Assembly (NCBI GenBank): GCA_965237375.1
Contig: CBDEFI010000002.1
Span: 197,499 to 261,498 of the forward strand
Source of the DNA: Acidimicrobiales bacterium
GTDB lineage: Bacteria; Actinomycetota; Acidimicrobiia; Acidimicrobiales; CATQHL01
Reading direction: 5' to 3'
Length of the DNA stretch: 64,000 nucleotides
Positions 44,792-54,312 of the stretch are shown here, one piece after another. The position numbers and the translations under genes were made by a program. The notes beneath the pieces were generated by a model. The model was not told where the DNA came from. It made no database searches and saw only the letters and a program-made list of their open reading frames with translations. Positions within the stretch are counted from its first letter, which is position 1. Each line of letters starts with the position of its first letter.

Positions 44792-47160
44792 AGCCGCCGG
44801 TCGGTACGCGTCCGCGCCTGTCGGAGATTCTGCTGGTTGCCGTCACCGTCTCGCTGCTGGTGAGCGCCGGCCGTGTGTTCTCCGACTGGTCCTTTCTGGC
44901 GCCGCTCGTCGGTGCCGCTCTCGTCGCTCACGTCGTCGTGGCGATCGTCCGGCGCGCCGGATGGAGCGTGGTTCTGGGCGCCGTGCTGTCCCTCCTCGGC
45001 GTTGCCGGTGAGCAACTCTGGGTGCACTACCCGCACACAACCCTGTACGGCCTCCCCCAGGAGGCAACCCTCCGTGCCCTCGCCGATGACTTCTCCGGCG
45101 CCTGGAGGCTGCTCGACTCGACGAGCGTGCCGCTCGCCGCGCAGACCGCGCTGGTGGTGTCGGCGGCCGCCATCACCTGGGCGGTCTCCGTCCTGGCCGA
45201 CTGGGCTGCGTTCCGCTTCGGCACGCCGGGCGAGGCTCTGATACCCGCCGGGATCGTGTTCGTGATCGTTGCGGTGCTCGGGACCGAGGACGACCGGATT
45301 CTCCACGCGGGCCTCACCGTGTCGTGCGCAGTGGCGTTCACGCTGGCCCATCGTCGGGAGCAGGCGCCGGCGCGGCACGAACCGTCGTCGGCCCCGCGTC
45401 GCCTGCTGCGATGGCCCGACGGGCTGGCTACGGGGACGCTGGCCGTTGCGGGCGGCCTTTTGATGACCGGCGCTCTGCTGCCTGTTCTGTCCGACGGACC
45501 GCTCCGTTCCTGGATCGATCCCGACACCGAACGCCTCGAACCGGACGGCGTGCACGTGGTTCTGAGTCCGCTGCCCGGCGTCTCCGGTCAGCTTCTGGAC
45601 AACCCGGAACTGGAACTCTTTACCGTGGAGAGCCCGCAGCGTGCCTACTGGCGCCTGACCGCTCTCGGATCGTTCGACGGAACGGCCTGGTCGCTGCAGG
45701 GCAGGTACTCGGCAGCCACCGACCGGCTGGAGAGCATGAGCACCACAGCCGCCCCGGTGACCGTGGTACCGCAAACGTACAGCATCAGAGCCCTGGCAGC
45801 AGTGTGGCTGCCGGCCGCCTACCAGCCGACCGGATTCGCCGTGGAGGGATCGCTGTTCGAGGCACGCTTCGAGCCGGTCTCCTCGACGCTGCTCGTCAAC
45901 TCGTCCAACGCCAGCTCCGACGGTTTCGACTACACGGTGCAATCCGCGGTGCCACGATTTGATCCCGACTTCCTGCGGTCGCTGCGCAATGACCCGGCCG
46001 AGGTCGACGAGACCTTCCTGGCTGTTCCCGAGAACCTCGGCCCGGCCGTCGGTGCGTTGGCAGCCGAGGCCACCGCGGGCAGCGAGGGTCCCTACGAGCA
46101 AGCCCTCGCCCTACAGAACTGGTTCCGGGAGGATTTCGAGTACGACCTCTCCGTGGCCGCCGGCCACTCCAGCAGCCGGCTGGACTCCTTCTTACTGCAG
46201 GAGCGGCGGGGCTACTGCGAGCAGTTCGCCGGCGCCTTCGCCGTACTGGGGCGGACGCTGGGGCTGCCGACGCGGGTGGCGGTGGGCTTCACTCCGGGAG
46301 TGGTCCTGGAGGAGGACCGGCCGGGCGGAACGTTGTACAGCGTGCGCGGGGAGCACGCCCACGCCTGGCCGGAGGTCCACATCAGCGGTGCCGGCTGGGT
46401 GGCTTTCGAACCCACACCGGGCCGCGGCGCCCCGGGTGCCGAGGAGTACACGCACGTGCCCGAGCAGCAGGATTCCGCCGGGCCGTCCACGGAGCCCGGC
46501 GTCGCTCTCCCCCCTCCGCCGCCACCGCCACCCTCGGGCCCCGAGCCTGCTGATCCGCCGGCGCTGGCAGCCGCGCCCCCCACTGCCGCCGGCGACAGCA
46601 CGGGAGGGACGGCCCTCCGCATCCTGGCGCTCGTGGGGTTGTCGCTGGCAGCGCTGGCGGGTGCTGTGGTTCTGTACGCGGCGGCCACCGTCGCGCTGGC
46701 GGGCCTACAGCGGGGACGGCGCCGGCGCTGGGCACACAACGACCCCGGACGCTCGACGATCGTGACCTGGGAGGAGGTCGTCAACCTGCTGCGGGCGAGG
46801 AGGATCAGGCCACAGCCGGCCGAGACACCTCTCGAAGTGGCGCAGCGGGCGGCGGAGAGCCTGGAGGTCGCACCGGAACCGTGGCGGCGGTTGGCCTTCT
46901 GCGTCTCGGCGGCCGCCTACGCCGACGGTCCGCCACCGACCGCGATCATCGGGCAGGCTGCGGACGCGGCCGGGGAGATCACCTCGGTGCTGCGAAGCCG
47001 GCGCACGCCTGCGCAGCGGCTGCGGGCTCTGGTCGATCCCTACCCGTGGCACCTGCTGGCCGGCCGCGGGCCTGCCGACGGGAGCGGCCGCCGACGCCCG
47101 GTGGTCCCGACGGGTGGCCGCCGAGGGGCCGGGGTCAGTCGCCGCGTTGCTCGCGGTTGA
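44788..47160 (+). CDS. transglutaminase-domain membrane protein (TgpA-like)
   Basis: GTG at 44788 overlaps the DUF58 stop (GTGA). It has multiple N-terminal TM helices and a Cys-His-Asp core (RRGYCEQFAGAFAVL ... HAWPEV ... WVAFEPTPG), then a poly-Pro linker and a C-terminal TM helix. Confidence 0.85.
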   Translation: MKPPVGTRPRLSEILLVAVTVSLLVSAGRVFSDWSFLAPLVGAALVAHVVVAIVRRAGWSVVLGAVLSLLGVAGEQLWVHYPHTTLYGLPQEATLRALADDFSGAWRLLDSTSVPLAAQTALVVSAAAITWAVSVLADWAAFRFGTPGEALIPAGIVFVIVAVLGTEDDRILHAGLTVSCAVAFTLAHRREQAPARHEPSSAPRRLLRWPDGLATGTLAVAGGLLMTGALLPVLSDGPLRSWIDPDTERLEPDGVHVVLSPLPGVSGQLLDNPELELFTVESPQRAYWRLTALGSFDGTAWSLQGRYSAATDRLESMSTTAAPVTVVPQTYSIRALAAVWLPAAYQPTGFAVEGSLFEARFEPVSSTLLVNSSNASSDGFDYTVQSAVPRFDPDFLRSLRNDPAEVDETFLAVPENLGPAVGALAAEATAGSEGPYEQALALQNWFREDFEYDLSVAAGHSSSRLDSFLLQERRGYCEQFAGAFAVLGRTLGLPTRVAVGFTPGVVLEEDRPGGTLYSVRGEHAHAWPEVHISGAGWVAFEPTPGRGAPGAEEYTHVPEQQDSAGPSTEPGVALPPPPPPPPSGPEPADPPALAAAPPTAAGDSTGGTALRILALVGLSLAALAGAVVLYAAATVALAGLQRGRRRRWAHNDPGRSTIVTWEEVVNLLRARRIRPQPAETPLEVAQRAAESLEVAPEPWRRLAFCVSAAAYADGPPPTAIIGQAADAAGEITSVLRSRRTPAQRLRALVDPYPWHLLAGRGPADGSGRRRPVVPTGGRRGAGVSRRVARG

Positions 47161-47518
47161 AGCGGTCGCGCATGCGCTGCCCGGTGGCGCCCATGCCGTC
47201 GCGCCAGGCACCGCTCAGAGGTTTCCGCGACATCTCCTGCAGACCGGCCTTGCCGACGAGGCGGGCGTTCCGCTCGAAGAACATGGCCGAGGCAAGCATG
47301 ATCAGAAAGCCCACGAAGGAAAGCCAGAACGAGGTGGACAGGGTGAAGATCATGAACACGATCCCGGCCAGGAACCCCAGAACGGAGCGGCGCAGATTGC
47401 GGAACCCGTGCCGGAACACGGTGGTCGAGCGAACCTCTTCGGCCAGTTCGGGGTCGGTCTCGTAGAGATTCGCCTCGATCTCGCTGAGAATCCGTTGTTC
47501 GTCCTCCGACAGCGGCAC
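47135..47518 (-). CDS. DUF3040-domain membrane protein
   Basis: GTG at 47518 gives VPLSEDEQRILSEIEANLYETDPELAEEV, the DUF3040 N-terminus, followed by two TM helices. The 3' end overlaps the transglutaminase gene by 26 nt. Confidence 0.75.
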   Translation of the reverse strand: MPLSEDEQRILSEIEANLYETDPELAEEVRSTTVFRHGFRNLRRSVLGFLAGIVFMIFTLSTSFWLSFVGFLIMLASAMFFERNARLVGKAGLQEMSRKPLSGAWRDGMGATGQRMRDRFNREQRGD

Positions 47519-47627
47519 AGGCCTGGCTCCCTTCCCCCTCAACGGGGTGTGTCCGCGGCCGACGCTCGCGCCGGCCGTCGCCGGAACAGTCTCGCACAAG
47601 CAACGGACGGCCACAACGCACAAACAC

Positions 47628-48869
47628 TCAGGAAGGCCTCCGAGAATCCCCTTGGGGGTGCGTCGAGCCGCCGGAGACACGCGCAGCGGCCGGGGCAATG
47701 ACCTCTTGGCCGAACCGAGAGCGCAGATCGTCCACCGCGGCATCGAGGGCGGCCGTCCCCGCGCCTCCTGCTTCGTCCAGCGTGAGCTGCACACCGCTTT
47801 CGGCGGTCAGGCCGCTCGCCCCGAGACCCAGCAACCGGATCCCTTCGGCGATGTCCAGCAACTCCAGCAGCCGCTTGGCCTCACGGGCAAGGTGAGGGGC
47901 GTGGGCGGTGGCATGCGGCAGGCGCCGCGAGCGCGTCAGGGTGCGGAAGTCGCCGTAGCGCAGCTTGAGTACCACCGTCCGGGCGGTGCAATGGGCGGCC
48001 CGCAGCCGGGATGCCACCGTGTCGGCCTGTCGCACGATCTCCTGGTTCAGGGTGCTGCGCTCGATGACATCGGAGGCGAAGGTGACTTCGACGCTCATGG
48101 ACTTCGGCGCCGTGGCGGGAACAACCGGCTCGAAGTCGCGGGCCTGCGCCAGCTCGGCCAGCCGGCGGCCATGAGCCGTGCCGAACGCGGCCACGAGAGA
48201 TTCGACGGGCGCCTCGGCCAGATCGCCGACGGTCTCCACCCCCATACTCACCAAACCTCGCAGCGTGGCCGGTCCCACCCCCCACAACGCACGCACGGGT
48301 AGCGGACGCAGGAAGGCCAGCGCCTCGCCGGGCTCCACGACCACCACGCCCCGGCCGGGCTGCGACCCGCTGCGGCCCGGTCGCGGTTTCGCCTGCTGCG
48401 AGGCCAGTTTCGCCAGCAGCTTGTTGGGGGCGACACCCACCGAGCAGGCAAGTCCCTCGGCAGCGTGCACCGCAGCGCGGATGCGCCGGGCAATCGCGAC
48501 GGGCGACCCGAAGAGCCGCCGAGCCCCCGCCACGTCCAGGAAGGCCTCATCCAGTGACACGGCTTCCACAAGTGGCGTGAACGAGCGAAACACCGCCATC
48601 ACCCGGCTGCTCACCTCCCGGTAGTAGGCGTGGTCGCCGGGAAGGAAAACCGCCTGCGGGCACAACATGCGGGCGCGTGCGGTGGGCATGGCGGAGTGCA
48701 CGCCGTAGCCGCGAGCTTCGTAGGAGGCGGCGGCAACCACCCCCCGACCACCCGTGCCACCCACGATCACAGGCAGTCCGACCAACTCGGGCCGGCGCCG
48801 TACCTCCGCCGCCGCGAAGAAGGCGTCCATGTCCACGTGCAGCACGGTGGCCTCCACGGACGGCTGCAT
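47628..48869 (-). CDS. dinB: DNA polymerase IV (Y-family)
   Basis: ATG at 48869. VLHVDMDAFFAAAE, SYEARGYGV and SLDEAFLDV are Y-family catalytic motifs. Confidence 0.92.
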   Translation of the reverse strand: MQPSVEATVLHVDMDAFFAAAEVRRRPELVGLPVIVGGTGGRGVVAAASYEARGYGVHSAMPTARARMLCPQAVFLPGDHAYYREVSSRVMAVFRSFTPLVEAVSLDEAFLDVAGARRLFGSPVAIARRIRAAVHAAEGLACSVGVAPNKLLAKLASQQAKPRPGRSGSQPGRGVVVVEPGEALAFLRPLPVRALWGVGPATLRGLVSMGVETVGDLAEAPVESLVAAFGTAHGRRLAELAQARDFEPVVPATAPKSMSVEVTFASDVIERSTLNQEIVRQADTVASRLRAAHCTARTVVLKLRYGDFRTLTRSRRLPHATAHAPHLAREAKRLLELLDIAEGIRLLGLGASGLTAESGVQLTLDEAGGAGTAALDAAVDDLRSRFGQEVIAPAAARVSGGSTHPQGDSRRPS

Positions 48870-48973
48870 GCCTCTCACGCTAGATGAGCGCGCGCCGCCG
48901 GGGCGGTCCCCGAGGTTGCCCAGGCGATCGATCGGGTAGACGGCCGAACGGTCACGAGCCGTAGCATGGCGAC

Positions 48974-49276
48974 GTGAGCAATGACCCGAAAGTCCGCCCG
49001 GGGCGTTCGGCCCTCCCGGGACGTCGAGCAAGAATCGTGGCGTCGGCAGCGATTCTGCTGGCAGGGATCTGCGGCGGGCTGATCGGCTACGCCCTCGTCG
49101 ACGTGAGCTGCTCCGGGGACTGCGGCTGGCTCATCGGCACAGGAACCCTCGTAGGGGCTGTGGTCAGCGCCGTCGGCGTGGCCATCGTGGCTTCCCTGAC
49201 GCTGCGGGCCATGAACGAGTGGCGCGCCACGGGGCCCGGCGAACCACGCCGATCGCGCCGTCCCGGCCGCCGCTGA
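48974..49276 (+). CDS. hypothetical small membrane protein (2 TM helices)
   Basis: A 100-aa GTG-initiated ORF with two clear hydrophobic helices and a basic tail, divergent from dinB. There is no family assignment. Confidence 0.45.
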   Translation: MSNDPKVRPGRSALPGRRARIVASAAILLAGICGGLIGYALVDVSCSGDCGWLIGTGTLVGAVVSAVGVAIVASLTLRAMNEWRATGPGEPRRSRRPGRR

Positions 49277-49346
49277 ATCCGGGCCGCTCCGGAGCGGGGC
49301 CGTCCGATACGACAAGGGTGCCCCGATTGGGGCAGCATGGTTACCT

Positions 49347-50027
49347 ATGGCGACGCGCATCCTGACAGTGGAGGACGACGAACGCATCCGCACGTCCCTG
49401 CGGCTGGCCCTGGAGGACGAGGGCTGGGAGGTGCAGGAATCCTCCAACGGCGAGGACGCTCTCATCAGCTTCCGCCGTGACCCCGCCGACGTGGTGCTCA
49501 TCGACATCATGCTGCCCGGCATGGATGGCTTCGAGGTGTGCCGGTCGCTGCGACGCATCAGCAACGTTCCAATCGTGATGGTGACGGCCAGGGAGGACAC
49601 CCACGATGTCGTGGCGGGCCTCGAGGCGGGAGCAGACGACTACCTGACCAAACCCTTCGCCCCCAAGGAATTGTCGGCTCGCATCCGTGCGTTGCGGCGC
49701 CGGTTCCGCACCGCCGAGGGCGCCATCACCAACTTCATCTTCGCCGACCTGGAGGTGTTCTCCGAGGAGGGGGTGGTCCGGCGGGGCGAGCAGGTGATCA
49801 ACCTCACCAAGACCGAGTTGCGCCTGCTGGTGGAGCTGGCATCGAGCCCCGGCCGGACCCTCAGCCGGGAAGTCCTGCTCGAACGCATCTGGGGTTACGA
49901 CTACTTCGGCGACAGTCGCCTCGTGGACGTTCACGTCCGGCGGCTGCGCACCAAGATCGAACCCGATCCGGCGAACCCCCGCCACGTCGTCACCGTCCGC
50001 GGCGAGGGCTACAAGCTGCAGCCCTGA
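49347..50027 (+). CDS. mtrA: OmpR-family response regulator, MtrA-like
   Basis: The receiver domain carries DDE, DIMLPGMDG and KPF. The winged-helix output carries LTKTELRLLVELA, WGYDYFGDSRLVDVHVRRLRTKIE and TVRGEGYK. It is collinear with Mtb MtrA as I recall it. Confidence 0.88.
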   Translation: MATRILTVEDDERIRTSLRLALEDEGWEVQESSNGEDALISFRRDPADVVLIDIMLPGMDGFEVCRSLRRISNVPIVMVTAREDTHDVVAGLEAGADDYLTKPFAPKELSARIRALRRRFRTAEGAITNFIFADLEVFSEEGVVRRGEQVINLTKTELRLLVELASSPGRTLSREVLLERIWGYDYFGDSRLVDVHVRRLRTKIEPDPANPRHVVTVRGEGYKLQP

Positions 50028-50033
50028 GGCGCC

Positions 50034-51413
50034 ATGGCAGCACGTTTCTCCCTACGCCTACGTGTGAGCGTGGCCTTCGGGCTCGGGGCACTGGTGCTCG
50101 CAACAGGACTCTCGGTGCTGACCTACGAGCTGACGCGGGAGAACCTGCTGGCCCGCCGGGAGGAGAGCTCCCTGGCGCGGGTCCTCTTCAACGCCACGCA
50201 GGTGAGCCGTCTCATCAGCGAGGAAACCACGGAGGAGCAGTTGCGGGAGCTGCTGCAGAACCTCAATACACCGCTGGGTGCGCGCCCGGTCATCCGCTTG
50301 GGCGAACTGTGGATCTCGGCCAACCCCGTCGAGTTCAGCGAACCGCAGATCGATACCTCCCTCAAGGAGACAGTGGGGCTCGGCCGGGCGGCACAGATGC
50401 GGTATCGCGTCGGGGAGACGCCCTTCGCCGTGATCGGCATCCCCTACTACGAAATCGACGCCGCCTACTACGAAGCCGTGCCGCTCGACGACATCGGCGA
50501 CACGCTCAGCTCGCTGCTGATCGCCCTGCTCACCGGCAGCGGTATCACGGTGCTCATCGGCATCGGCATCGGCATCTGGGCGGCGCAACGAGCGGTACGC
50601 CCGCTCAGCGACATCGGTGTGGCCGCCGAGGCCATCGCCGCCGGTGATCTCAGCACCCGCCTGGAGGGGGCGGACCCCGACCTCGAGCGCCTCTCGAGAT
50701 CCTTCAACCAGATGGCCAGCGCGCTGCAGGACCGCATCGAGCGGGACGCCCGCTTCACCTCCAACGTGAGCCACGAGCTGCGCTCACCCCTGATGACCCT
50801 GACGGCCTCCCTCGAGGTTCTGCGCAAGCGGCAGGACGAGCTGCCGGCGCGATCCCAGACGGCGTTGAGCCTGCTGAGCGCCGACCTGGAACACTTCAAG
50901 CAACTCGTAGCGGATCTGCTGGAGATCTCCCGGTACGACGTGGGTGCCGCCGCCCTGGAGGTGGAGGACTTCGAGGTCATCGAGTTCGTGCAGCAGGCAG
51001 CCCGGGCCGCCGGCCACCACCCGCCGGTGACCTGGTCGCCGCCTGCCGCCGACCTGGTGGTACACGCCGACCGGCGGCGCCTGGGGCAGGTCATCGCCAA
51101 CCTGCTGGAGAACGCCCACAACCACGCCAACGGAGCCACGGAGATCCACGTGGAATACCGGGACTCGGTGGTGGAGATCTCGGTCCTGGACAGCGGACCC
51201 GGGGTGGCTCCGGGAGACCGAGGCGTGATCTTCGACCGCTTCTCCCGCGGTAGCCGGCAGAGTTCGGGCGGCCGGTTCAGCGGCACCGGTCTGGGTCTGG
51301 CGCTGGTCTCCGAGCACGTCCGCCTGCACGGCGGTTCGGTGCGCGTCGAGCCCCGTCCTGACGGCGAGCAGGGCGCGTGTTTCGTGGTGACCCTCCCGGT
51401 GGACGCCGTATGA
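50034..51413 (+). CDS. mtrB: sensor histidine kinase, MtrB-like
   Basis: Two TM helices, a HAMP domain, H-box SHELRSPL, N-box LLENAHNHA and G-box GTGLGLALV. Confidence 0.85.
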   Translation: MAARFSLRLRVSVAFGLGALVLATGLSVLTYELTRENLLARREESSLARVLFNATQVSRLISEETTEEQLRELLQNLNTPLGARPVIRLGELWISANPVEFSEPQIDTSLKETVGLGRAAQMRYRVGETPFAVIGIPYYEIDAAYYEAVPLDDIGDTLSSLLIALLTGSGITVLIGIGIGIWAAQRAVRPLSDIGVAAEAIAAGDLSTRLEGADPDLERLSRSFNQMASALQDRIERDARFTSNVSHELRSPLMTLTASLEVLRKRQDELPARSQTALSLLSADLEHFKQLVADLLEISRYDVGAAALEVEDFEVIEFVQQAARAAGHHPPVTWSPPAADLVVHADRRRLGQVIANLLENAHNHANGATEIHVEYRDSVVEISVLDSGPGVAPGDRGVIFDRFSRGSRQSSGGRFSGTGLGLALVSEHVRLHGGSVRVEPRPDGEQGACFVVTLPVDAV

Positions 51414-52045
51414 GAGCCTTGTCGAGGCGACTGCTCGGTGGTTCTTCGGCCCCGGCTGTGGCGTTGCTCGGGCTAGTGGGTTCCCTGGGAGTCCTGGCGG
51501 CGACCTGCGGGGTACCCCAGGATGCGGCGCCGCGTGTCCTGGAAGCCTCGGAGCTTCCCCCTGAATTGGTGGAGCCGTCCACCACCACCACGTCCACCGA
51601 GCCGGCTGTGCCCCGCCAGACGGTGTACCTCTACTTCGTGGACGGCGAGTCGCTGGCGAATCCTGTGCGGCGCGAACTCGCTACGCCGGCGGGTTCCGTC
51701 GCCGCTCTCGAGGCACTCATCGCCGGGCCCACTGAACCCGAGGCCGCCGCCGGGTTGACGTCCGCGATGCCGGCGGAGACGGTGATCCTGAGCAGTGACC
51801 TCACCAACGGCGTCCTGCGGGTGGATCTGGCTGAAGGCGCCCTCGAACAGATCGAGGGTGAGTTGCAACGGTTGGCGATCGCCCAGTTGGTGTACACCGC
51901 CACCGACCTGCCCGGCGTCGACTACCTGTGGGTGCAGATCGAGGGCGAGGCGCGAGCGCTGCCCACCGACGAGGGCGACGTGGAGGCGCCGGTGGGGCGG
52001 GTGCACTACGAGTCCCTGGGTCCTGCCGACGGCGTGGGGCCGTAG
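51410..52045 (+). CDS. GerMN-domain lipoprotein (short LpqB-like)
   Basis: ATG at 51410 overlaps the kinase stop (ATGA). A signal peptide carries the lipobox LAATC. VYLYFVDGESLANPVRRELATPAGSVAALEALIAGPTEPE is GerMN-like. At 211 aa it lacks the beta-propeller part of full LpqB. Confidence 0.65.
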   Translation: MRALSRRLLGGSSAPAVALLGLVGSLGVLAATCGVPQDAAPRVLEASELPPELVEPSTTTTSTEPAVPRQTVYLYFVDGESLANPVRRELATPAGSVAALEALIAGPTEPEAAAGLTSAMPAETVILSSDLTNGVLRVDLAEGALEQIEGELQRLAIAQLVYTATDLPGVDYLWVQIEGEARALPTDEGDVEAPVGRVHYESLGPADGVGP

Positions 52046-52049
52046 CGGC

Positions 52050-53081
52050 TCACCCCCGGCAGGCCTGCGCCACCGCCCAGAGTTCTTCGGGGATGGGTTT
52101 CAGAGCGGCCGTGGCCTCGGCCAGGGACGCCAGCGTGACACGCCCGTCGCGCACCGCCACCATCTGTCCGAAGGCCCCGTCGTGCACGGCGTTCACGGCG
52201 GCCACACCGAAGGAGGTGCACAGGACCCGGTCGAAGGCGGTCGGGGTGCCGCCCCGCTGAACGTGTCCGAGGACCGTCACACGGGTCTCCACCCCGATGC
52301 GCTCCTCGATCTCGGCGGCCACGATGGCGCCGATGCCGCCGAGGCGGACGTGCCCGTACTCATCGAGGCCAGGCTCCGGCAGGTCCAGGGTCCCCGGGGC
52401 GGGACGGGCGCCCTCGGCCACGACCACGACGGACGAACGGGCACCCCCCTTGTGCAATCCACCCAACTCCGCGGCCACCTCACCGATGTCGAAGGGTTTC
52501 TCCGGCAGCAGGATGACCGCGGCCCCACCGGCGATGCCCGCCCAGAGTGCCACGTGACCGGCATGGCGGCCCATCACCTCCACCACCATGACCCGGTGGT
52601 GCGACTCGGCTGTGGTGTGCAGGCGGTCGATGGCATCGGTGGCCGTCTGCACCGCCGTCACGAAGCCGAAGGTCACGGCGGTGGCCCCCACGTCGTTGTC
52701 GATGGTCTTGGGCACGCCCACCACCTGCACCCCGTGGTCGCGGTGCAGCCTTTCGGCGACGCTCAGTGTGCCCTCGCCACCCACCACGATCAGCGCTTCG
52801 GCGCCGCGTCGCCGCAGCGTCTCGGTGACCTGCCGAGGGCCGTCGTCGGTCATGAAGGGATGCATCCGCGAGGTGCCCAGGATCGTCCCACCCCGCGACA
52901 GGATCCGCGCTGCCCGCTCCGGTGCAATCGGGGCGGCGTCATCGGCCACGACACCCCGCCAGCCGTCACGGAAGCCCAGTATCTCGTCCCCCCAGCGCCG
53001 GTCGCCATGCATGACGGCGGCACGGATCACCGCATTCAGCCCGGGGCAGTCGCCACCGCCGGTCAGGATGCCGATACGCAC
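52050..53081 (-). CDS. pfkA: 6-phosphofructokinase (ATP- or PPi-dependent, PfkA family)
   Basis: GTG start. ILTGGGDCPGLNAVIR, GGEGTL and PKTIDND are present. Confidence 0.92.
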   Translation of the reverse strand: MRIGILTGGGDCPGLNAVIRAAVMHGDRRWGDEILGFRDGWRGVVADDAAPIAPERAARILSRGGTILGTSRMHPFMTDDGPRQVTETLRRRGAEALIVVGGEGTLSVAERLHRDHGVQVVGVPKTIDNDVGATAVTFGFVTAVQTATDAIDRLHTTAESHHRVMVVEVMGRHAGHVALWAGIAGGAAVILLPEKPFDIGEVAAELGGLHKGGARSSVVVVAEGARPAPGTLDLPEPGLDEYGHVRLGGIGAIVAAEIEERIGVETRVTVLGHVQRGGTPTAFDRVLCTSFGVAAVNAVHDGAFGQMVAVRDGRVTLASLAEATAALKPIPEELWAVAQACRG

Positions 53082-53088
53082 GAGATGC

Positions 53089-54264
53089 TCAGCCCAGCGC
53101 GGGCAACGCCTTGCGCAGGTTCCGCACCGCCTGAGTAATCCGCTGTTCGTTCTCGATGAGAGCGAAGCGCACGTGGCCCTCCCCGCCCGGTCCGAACCCG
53201 CCGCCCGGCGAGACCGCCACTTTCGCCTCGGTCACCAGGAACGAGGCGAACTCCACCGAGTCCATGTGCCGGTAGGCAGGCGGGATCGGCGCCCACACGA
53301 ACATGGTCCCCTGGGGAGGTTCGACGTGCCAGCCGATGCGCGCCAGCCCGCCGCAGAGGCTGTCGCGGCGGCTCTGGTAGGTCTCGTTGATGAGCTTCGG
53401 GTAGTCGGGCGCCTCGTTGAGTGCGACTGTGGCGGCGATCTGCACCGGCTGGAACGTGCCGTAGTCGAGGTACGACTTGAGCTTGCCGAGCGCCGCCACC
53501 ACCTCGGCGTTGCCCAGCATGAAAGCCATCCGCCACCCGGCCATCGAGAAGGACTTGGTGAGGGAGTAGAACTCGACCGCAACGTCGGTGGCGCCGGTGA
53601 CCTGCAGGATGGACGGTGGTCGGTAGCCGTCGAAGGCGATGTCGGCGTAAGCGAAGTCGTGCACGATGAGCACGTCGTGTTCGCGGGCGAAGTCCACCAC
53701 CCGCTGCATGAAGTCCAGATCCACGCACGTCGTGGTGGGGTTGTGGGGGAACGACAGCAGGATGACCCGCGGCTTGGGCCAGGAGTACTCCCAGCGCTGC
53801 CGCAACACCTCGTCGAGGTCGTCGCCGATCGAGAGCGGCACCTCGCGCACCTCCGCGCCGGCGAACAGCGGGGCGAAGAGGTGGATGGGATACGAGGGGG
53901 CGGGCACCAGAACGGCGTCGCCGGGCTGCAACAGCACCCACATGAGATGCGACAACCCTTCCTTGGCGCCGATCGTGTTGATGATCTGCGTCTCGGGGTC
54001 GAGTTCCACACCGAAACGGCGCAGGTAGAGGTCGGCCACCGCCCCGCGGAGCTTGGGGATGCCCCGGCTGAGCGAGTAGCGATGGTTGCGAGGGTTGCGG
54101 GCGGCCTCGGCCAGTTTCTCCACGGCCACGTCGGGTGACGGCAGGTCGGGGTTACCGAACCCCAGGTCGATGATGTCCTCGCCTCGGCGACGACCCTCGA
54201 CCTTGAGCCGGTCGATCACCGAGAAGACATACGGGGGCAGGTTGGTGATACGGCGGAACTCCAT
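53089..54264 (-). CDS. class I/II pyridoxal-phosphate aminotransferase (AlaA/AspC-like)
   Basis: [16 protein letters not shown], and [12 protein letters not shown] with the PLP lysine. The ATG at 54264 is preferred over the adjacent GTG at 54267. Confidence 0.9.
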   Translation of the reverse strand: MEFRRITNLPPYVFSVIDRLKVEGRRRGEDIIDLGFGNPDLPSPDVAVEKLAEAARNPRNHRYSLSRGIPKLRGAVADLYLRRFGVELDPETQIINTIGAKEGLSHLMWVLLQPGDAVLVPAPSYPIHLFAPLFAGAEVREVPLSIGDDLDEVLRQRWEYSWPKPRVILLSFPHNPTTTCVDLDFMQRVVDFAREHDVLIVHDFAYADIAFDGYRPPSILQVTGATDVAVEFYSLTKSFSMAGWRMAFMLGNAEVVAALGKLKSYLDYGTFQPVQIAATVALNEAPDYPKLINETYQSRRDSLCGGLARIGWHVEPPQGTMFVWAPIPPAYRHMDSVEFASFLVTEAKVAVSPGGGFGPGGEGHVRFALIENEQRITQAVRNLRKALPALG

Positions 54265-54312
54265 CACCCACAGATTACCGAGTAAGACCTCCGGGACGAC
54301 GTACCGCCGGGC

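Noticed and set aside
42613-47160. MoxR/DUF58/transglutaminase as a phage-defence or mobile island
   Set aside because: There are no integrase, transposase or flanking repeats, and no compositional shift is visible. The triad is a common chromosomal housekeeping arrangement, so I report it only as a poorly understood conserved module.
48870-48973. SOS (LexA) box upstream of dinB
   Set aside because: Only a half-site-like CGAAC (in ccgaacggtcacgag) is present, and the second arm does not match GTTCGA. There is no palindrome of the actinobacterial or Cheo-box type.
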